From Methanobacteriota archaeon (GTDB lineage Archaea > Halobacteriota > Bog-38 > Methanoflorentales > Methanoflorentaceae): DNA of 13,525 bases. The stretch is from contig CAVRAO010000009.1 in assembly GCA_963719035.1 (NCBI GenBank), positions 1 to 13,525 on the forward strand, read 5' to 3'. Shown piece by piece: positions 8,597 to 13,525 of this stretch (its first letter is position 1; each line of letters starts with the position of its first letter). The notes beneath the pieces are model-generated. The model ran no database searches, had not been told where the DNA came from, and worked only from the letters and a program-made list of their open reading frames with translations. Both the position numbers and the translations under genes were made by a program.

Positions 8597-9942
8597 AAAT
8601 CTTAATGGTTCACGACAACGGGTGGACTAACAAGGGCCCGCACCAACACCACCACTTATTGGAGAAACTATCTCTCAAAGGCCATCAAGTGGTTGTCGTT
8701 GAATACGACCACCTGTGGCGCATGAAAAACGGATCAACGAGAGCTCCACGCATAGCTAGAGAAAGCGTGCGAACAGGTGTTCAACGATTCTACGACAGCG
8801 CTGACGTCACTTGTATAAGCCCTCCATTCATACGATTGCCTCTTTTGGATTACCTCTCGCTGGCTGCGACGTTTCGGCGGCAAATAAAGCAGGAAATACA
8901 ACGTTTTCGGCCCGATGTGATAGTTGGGTTTACAGGCGTCATTAGCCCCTTCTGGGGGGCCGTTTTAGCAGAAGAGATGCACATACCCTATGTAGACTAT
9001 TGGCTTGACGCAACAGATCAGCTCGTGCCTGAGGCGTTTTTGAGACCACTAGCGAGAATGATTCAACGCACGACGCTTAGCAAAGCGACTTTGGTATTGA
9101 CCATTAACAACACCCTCAGAGAGTACGTCATCGAGCTCGGAGCTAATCCTTCAAAAACACAGGTTTTGCCTGGAGGGGTAGACCTCAGAAAGTTCGACCC
9201 AGCGTCAACAGACTCTCAACGGATGCGTGATAAGTACAGGTCTGGGGAAAGATGATCTTGTGCTGTTGTTTATGGGTTGGATCTATGACTTCTCGGGATT
9301 ACAGGAAGCCGTGCTCGAACTGGCCCGCTATCGAGAATTGCGTCCCGACCTTAAGCTGCTGATAGTGGGTGAAGGAGATTTCTATCCAACGCTGAAGGAA
9401 ATCGTGCGGGAGAACCACGTGCAAGAGAGCGTAATTTTCACTGGAAAGGTTCCCTATACGGAGATACCCGAGTTGTTAGCAGCAGCCGACATCGCTCTGC
9501 TTCCCGCTCACGACAATGAAATTATGCGAAATGCCGTTCCGATAAAGATCTACGAGTACTCGCTATGCACAAGCCTACGATATGCACCAAGCTTTCCGGA
9601 ATCATGCGGGAATTTGGCAGTGATTGCGGTATTCTGTACATCGAAAAACCAGAAGAAGCTGTAGAAGTGGCGGCGAACTTACGTGACGAAGACGTGCAAC
9701 GCCTTAAAATGCAAGCCAAGCAGTTCATTGAGAATTATGATTGGGACAAACTCGCCGCTCGATTCGAAGCAACGCTGACCTCCTTAGTTGAAAACAGCCA
9801 CCAAGCAGCAACGTACTCCACAAGGCATTCAAAAAGACTTTTTCGGCCGAATAGGGAACTCCACGAGAGGAACGTGAGGTTTCTTACGGCACTTAACGCG
9901 CGACCCAGCAGCTACATCCGCCGGCCTATATGTCCTCCCTGA
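8593..9942 (+). CDS. Glycosyltransferase family 4 (GT-B), split by two apparent frameshifts (~9238, +1; ~9559, -1)
   Basis: Three consecutive ORFs join up: MKILMV...GGVDLRKFDP...RDKY | GLGKDDLVLLFMGWIYDFSG...LLIVGEG...FTGKVPYTEIPELLAAADI...PIKIYEY | LAMHKPTICTKL...YDWDKLAARFE. Confidence 0.88.
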
Positions 9943-10164
9943 TCTGCGTCTAAGCGGCGAGGCCACGCGTGAACGAATAGATGACATGAGTTCAAGACGA
10001 GTTCCCGTCGCTTATCGTAAAGGATTTGGAGACCTGCTGACGTGAGCGATTGTGCAAATTGACCGCTGCGGCCGATTGAAGGGAGCGAACGGAACGACGT
10101 GGACGCGAATATCGTGATGTTTCCGCCCTATTTCTGACAGTATGACGCGAGACCACTCACAGAC

Positions 10165-10285
10165 TCTGCACGAAACTCATATGTAGAAATACCCGCCTAT
10201 AACACCTGAGAACTAAAATGACGAAAACGGTCCATAACGTGCTTTTTATAGCATCTAGGTTTCCGCCGTTAGCCGGACCGGGAGC
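10165..10285 (+). repeat. Direct repeat copy A (121 bp): leader plus 5' end of a GT4 gene
   Basis: Matches 12933-13054 with 4 substitutions and 1 indel by manual alignment. Confidence 0.95.
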
Positions 10286-10298
10286 GCGACAACGTTGA
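10218..10298 (+). pseudogene. 26-codon stub duplicating the N-terminus of the GT4 at 12987
   Basis: MTKTVHNVLFIASRFPPLAGPGARQR* versus MTKTVHNVLFIASRFPPQAGPGARHN... Confidence 0.85.
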
Positions 10299-10663
10299 AC
10301 ACCTCGGGGAGCACGAAACAGCCAAAGAAGATAGTTTTCTTTGGGCACTTCGGGGTGGTCAACTTCGGCAACGAGAGCAGCCTGAAAGCAGTGCTTTGTC
10401 ATCTTCGCCGTATGGTGCCGAATGCCGAATTCAACTGCATCTGCACCGATCCGAGCACCGTCGCGATGACCTATGACATCGCCGCAGTGTCCAGCAGGAC
10501 TCCCGTGGGTGAATACCGGACGCTGCACAGCCCGTTGGCTCGACTGGCGCTAAGACTCGTGGACGATCTCTACGAGCCTTGGCGGTGGGTCAGCCACAGT
10601 TCATTGAGCCTTTACACGACGAAGGTCGAGCGTTCGAATCGCCTCGAGCCCATAGTTTTTTGA
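10295..10663 (+). pseudogene. Polysaccharide pyruvyl transferase (WcaK/CsaB-like), N-terminal fragment only
   Basis: KKIVFFGHFGVVNFGNESSLKAVL...FNCICTDP resembles the GxxGxxNxG(D/N)E start of the family. Similarity appears to end near 10592, after which the frame reads through the tRNA-derived repeat to a stop. Confidence 0.7.
10606..10653 (+). repeat. tRNA-Val(TAC) 3'-half fragment, copy 1 (att-like site; not a full tRNA)
   Basis: TTTACAC anticodon loop, GACGA stem strand, AGGTC variable loop, GAGCG-TTCGAAT-CGCCT T arm, CGAGCCC-A acceptor strand, then a T-run. No D arm or 5' acceptor strand upstream. Confidence 0.85.
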
Positions 10664-10700
10664 CCACGCAACTCGGGAGCGCGCTTCGATTACTTCAAAT

Positions 10701-10736
10701 AAGTTGTCTACTTTAGCGTCAAATAGTAGATAACTT
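10701..10736. repeat. Imperfect inverted repeat (12-bp arms, 12-nt spacer)
   Basis: AAGTTGTCTACT (10701-10712) and AGTAGATAACTT (10725-10736), 1 mismatch. Confidence 0.7.
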
Positions 10737-10831
10737 TTAACAGTTAGTTAACGTATAAACTTATTATTGCGTGATTTAGCCGTTTCACACGAAAAGTATA
10801 TACAGATGCATAGAGCACATCTATAATTCCT

Positions 10832-10912
10832 ATGCATGCAAAGAAATTAAGCCAGCTGATGCGTGCAAAGGAATTAAGCCAGCTGATGCGTAAAAAAACA
10901 TTAAGCACGCTG
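10832..10912 (+). repeat. 3 x 27-bp tandem repeat upstream of the HTH gene
   Basis: ATGCATGCAAAGAAATTAAGCCAGCTG / ATGCGTGCAAAGGAATTAAGCCAGCTG / ATGCGTAAAAAAACATTAAGCACGCTG, contiguous with no spacers. Confidence 0.92.
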
Positions 10913-10944
10913 CCTTTATGCAATTGTATATATTAAAATGTATT

Positions 10945-11484
10945 ATGACTGCAAAAGGCCCGCACCTGACGAGCGAAAAACTAACGATTAAAGAAGCCGC
11001 AGCGGCGCTAGGCGTGCATCCTGCCACCATCCGACGCAAGATTAAGGATAATACTATTAAGTGGGAGAAAGACGACGGCACGCGTGGGCAATACTACATA
11101 CCCGCAAGCGAGATTGATACCTACTGGGCAACTAGGTCAGTCGTTAAGCGTGCGCGTGAGATAGACGTTACGGAGATAACGAACGAAATTAGTGAGCAGC
11201 GCAATGCGGTCATAAAATTGTTTGAGCGTGTAAGCGAGATGCGTATGATCGAGATAGCGACCGCCGAAAACGTTCGAGATATGCGGGCATCTCTCGAAAA
11301 GTTAACCGCGAAAATAGACGAACTAGATTTAAAATTAACGCCACTAGACGAAGGCGCTACGAGTGAGGGGACTCCATTTTCCGAATCGGAAGCGAGATAT
11401 ACAAACCTAAAAGAATGGATCGCGTCTGCTAAAGCAAAATCTCGGGAATACTGGTGGCAGTTCTGGCGTTATGAAAAGTCTTAA
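10945..11484 (+). CDS. HTH_17/MerR-like (excisionase-type) DNA-binding protein with coiled coil and aromatic-basic C-terminal tail
   Basis: LTIKEAAAALGVHPATIRRKIKDNTI...GQYYIPASEI; heptad-like VRDMRASLEKLTAKIDELDLKL; ends YWWQFWRYEKS. Start at 10945 preferred over 10918 but uncertain. Confidence 0.85.
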   Translation: MTAKGPHLTSEKLTIKEAAAALGVHPATIRRKIKDNTIKWEKDDGTRGQYYIPASEIDTYWATRSVVKRAREIDVTEITNEISEQRNAVIKLFERVSEMRMIEIATAENVRDMRASLEKLTAKIDELDLKLTPLDEGATSEGTPFSESEARYTNLKEWIASAKAKSREYWWQFWRYEKS

Positions 11485-11779
11485 AGTAAAGGCGAACGCT
11501 ACCCTTTGCGCCACCTCGTAATAGCACAGCGGTTATGCTTAGGAGTAGCGTCCTATAGTATATGCGACCGATCTTCACGCACACGATTGGCGTTCAAAAC
11601 GCGAAGCAGTCGCACGCGTATCCGATTATCCGGCTGCCGCGGGAATTCCATTGACTCGCCAGTACCGCTGCTACGATTTATGAGACAACGCATAATGAGG
11701 CGCTCGCGTTCCTAGTCGTGCCCCATCGCAAGCGTAAAAATGGTCGAACAGGGGATTTAGATACTGACATCGAAAAAAC

Positions 11780-11826
11780 GAGCCTTACACGACGAAGGTC
11801 GGGCGTTCGAATCGCCTCGAGCCCAT
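11780..11826 (+). repeat. tRNA-Val(TAC) 3'-half fragment, copy 2 (att-like site)
   Basis: Direct repeat of 10606-10653 with one T missing and one A>G change (better-paired T stem GGGCG/CGCCT), followed by T-runs. Confidence 0.85.
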
Positions 11827-11927
11827 CTATTTTTGGATTTTTTTGGTCGATCAGAGCGTAGCATGACTCTTGATCTTTCTCAGTTATTTCTTCTATAAAT
11901 TTGTCTAAATTGTCTAATTTAGGCACA

Positions 11928-11959
11928 ACAAAAAAGGCTAACGATCCATCCTTTTTTGT
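11928..11959. terminator. Perfect 10-bp inverted repeat with A6/T6 tracts, possible bidirectional terminator
   Basis: ACAAAAAAGG-N12-CCTTTTTTGT, about 120 nt past the stop of the - strand CheR-like gene. Confidence 0.45.
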
Positions 11960-12076
11960 CTTGTATATAGATACTGTTTCGCCTGCAATTCAACGATCGG
12001 GATCTCAGGACGTGCATTCGAAAGTTTGTGGCACAAACACATAGGCCTAGCAGTATGGCTGCTTGCAAATCATTCA

Positions 12077-12717
12077 TCAACCTTCTGCGCCTATCTGGAA
12101 AACTGAGGCGTAGCGGATTTTCCAGTCGTGTCTTGTCTTGTTCAAAGGCTCAAGACCCCAATATTTCCAGGGCCAATCGTTCCTCAAAAAGTGGTCGCCT
12201 TCGTGAATCTTTTCCAACAAATCTGAAAGCGCAATCCAGCCTAAATCCTCTGCAACCTTTGTTCGAACATCCAGATCAATCCCTGATACAACCAGATAAC
12301 CTCCGGGTTTGACAAGTCGTGCAATATTGCGCAAACAGTTTTCTGCTTTCGGCGGGTAATGTCGCGCAGAAAGTTGTTTGCCACCACCATATCCTGATAT
12401 CCCAGAACGTTACCTATATCCGGATCTTCAGCATCCCCAAGGTGCCAGGTAATCCCTTTTCTGATCCATAATTTAACCCGAACCTTGTCTCCTTCCCAAT
12501 CAAATAGATCCTGCATTTCGTCCTCGGTCATATTCCCAAAAACAGGTTTCCTATGCATTCGGGGGTGTCAAGGGAGTAAACCCCCCTTTCGGCAAATCAA
12601 CCTCCTTCGAAATATCCACGGCATTCATCACGACTTTAAGATCGGGACGATCCGTCGGATTGTCCAGAGGATGGAATAGACTTCAGCCCCCTTACTGCTT
12701 CCTAATACAGCAATCCG
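12077..12717 (-). pseudogene. CheR-like class I SAM-dependent methyltransferase, 5'-truncated with about 4 frameshifts
   Basis: Across frames: RIAVLGSSKGAEVYSILWTIR | RPDLKVVMNAVDISKE | FAERGVYSLDTPE | PVFGNMTEDEM...ITWHLGDAED...QDMVVANNFL | PPKAENCLRNIARLVKPGGYLVVSG...WPWKYWGLEP. Shifts near 12650, 12593, 12550 and 12358. Confidence 0.8.
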
Positions 12718-12865
12718 ATTATGAAATTCTTGACACATCTCGACGACCAATGACGCGATTAAAAGTGCAATTGGAAAAACTCCTGCGTATTTTCGCCCTC
12801 CGTATGGCACCACTAATCGCCATGTTAACAATTGAGCAGAAACATTCGGCCTCGCGCCTGTCTTA
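12714..12865 (+). pseudogene. Polysaccharide deacetylase (NodB/CE4) internal fragment
   Basis: Not in the ORF track. Frame from 12743 reads TTNDAIKSAIGKTPAYFRPPYGTTNRHVNN*AETFGLAPVL, containing CE4 motif 3 (FRPPYG, 12791-12808), with an internal TGA at 12833 and SDYEILD just upstream in another frame. Confidence 0.75.
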
Positions 12866-12932
12866 AGAGAGGCTGGTCTGATTTCAAGCCAACCTTGCAT
12901 TACAATAACGGCTTATCGAACAGTGAGGCCGT

Positions 12933-13054
12933 TCTGCACGAAACTCATATGTAGAAATACCCGCCTATAACACCCGAGTACTTAAAATGACGAAAACGGT
13001 CCATAACGTGCTTTTTATAGCATCTAGGTTTCCGCCGCAAGCCGGACCGGGAGC
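12933..13054 (+). repeat. Direct repeat copy B (122 bp)
   Basis: Partner of 10165-10285; contains the start of the intact GT4 gene. Confidence 0.95.
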
Positions 13055-13525
13055 ACGGCATAACTTAGGTACGGTCCGCGGGTTGCTGGAGCGCGGGTTG
13101 CCGCTAACGGTAGTGACCGGACCCGAAGTGGTAGCTACCGGACGCGAGCGTCATTCTCTCAATCTAAGCGCAAACCAATGGCCTCAAGATGAATACTTAA
13201 GATCCCGGATACCAGAACGTGTAACCGTCGTCCGGTGTCCGTGGCCTTTGAGTATCGGAACTTCCTACATGATATTTCATACCGCCTTAGGTTTACCCCA
13301 ATGCCGTAACTTTATCACCGGACGAAATCGTATGTGGAAAGTTGCGCAACAAGCGCTGCAAGCGGGAGATTATGCGCTCATCTACTCAGTCAATGGCATA
13401 GGCATTGAACACTCGGTAGCGCTAGACCTCAAACGGAGCGCGGGATTGCCATGGGTAACAGAAGTTCGAGATCCGTGGATCCATAATCTGATTGAATGGC
13501 GATTTATGAAAGATACCTCGTGGCC
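12987..13525 (+). CDS. Glycosyltransferase family 4, N-terminal domain (runs off the window)
   Basis: Not in the ORF track; translated by hand and open to the end. NVLFIASRFPPQAGPGAR...LTVVT...LKRSAGLPWVTEVRDPW matches the GT4 FPP...G and PWVxxxRDPW pattern. Confidence 0.85.
   Translation, partial: MTKTVHNVLFIASRFPPQAGPGARHNLGTVRGLLERGLPLTVVTGPEVVATGRERHSLNLSANQWPQDEYLRSRIPERVTVVRCPWPLSIGTSYMIFHTALGLPQCRNFITGRNRMWKVAQQALQAGDYALIYSVNGIGIEHSVALDLKRSAGLPWVTEVRDPWIHNLIEWRFMKDTSW

Larger units (their letters stand above)
10606..11826. mobile_element. Putative minimal or relic integrative element bounded by tRNA-Val-derived direct repeats
   Basis: 47-48-bp tRNA-derived direct repeats 1174 bp apart enclose an AT-richer segment with one HTH gene; the left end coincides with truncation of the pyruvyl-transferase gene. 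No integrase seen. Confidence 0.55.

Noticed and set aside
7240-9570. Programmed frameshifting or phase-variable tracts in the epimerase and GT4
   Set aside because: No slippery heptamer or long homopolymer at the shift sites; single-base indels at GTAC explain them better.
2506-10528. Short - strand or alternate-frame ORFs overlapping the operon (for example 5445..5903, 6223..6570, 7599..7898, 10157..10528)
   Set aside because: They overlap well-supported genes and show no motifs.
10701-10736. Xer/dif site
   Set aside because: The 12-nt spacer and arm sequences do not fit the 11-6-11 dif layout.
10832-10912. CRISPR array
   Set aside because: Units are contiguous with no unique spacers, and no cas genes are present.
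10560-11830. Intact or split tRNA-Val gene
   Set aside because: No 5' acceptor strand or D arm upstream of either copy, the anticodon stem cannot form, and I found no 5' half in the window.
11678-11926. SSV1-type split integrase fragment reading through the att site (GLEAIRTPDLRRV)
   Set aside because: That peptide is only the antisense translation of the tRNA half. All frames stop soon after both copies and no tyrosine-recombinase catalytic motifs are visible.
12628-12900. Track ORFs 12628..12900 (-) and 12660..12866 (+) as real genes
   Set aside because: They are chimeric frames crossing the junction between the CheR-like and deacetylase remnants.

Overview
Archaeal DNA, most likely Halobacteriota/Methanomicrobia-like, inferred from a FilR1/COG4742-type regulator, DUF354, TATA-type promoters and oligo-T terminators. 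Positions 1-9942 hold a cell-surface glycan/glycolipid locus. A UbiA prenyltransferase and a winged-helix regulator lie on the - strand. Divergent from them is a + strand run: two paralogous proteins of an unrecognised 8-unit repeat family (one membrane-anchored, one soluble), DUF354 with an in-frame Zn-ribbon leader, GT2, a small membrane protein, two NDP-sugar epimerases/dehydratases and a GT4. Positions ~10165-13054 form a nested mosaic bounded by a ~121-bp direct duplication of the 5' end of a GT4 gene. Inside are a truncated pyruvyl-transferase gene, two copies of a tRNA-Val(TAC) 3' half (att-like) around a 3x27-bp repeat plus an HTH/coiled-coil/WWQFW-tail gene, a CheR-like pseudogene and a NodB deacetylase fragment. 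All three frameshifts in otherwise intact genes repair most plausibly at GTAC, suggesting a methylation-linked sequencing artefact. All family calls come from motif recognition by eye, not database searches.
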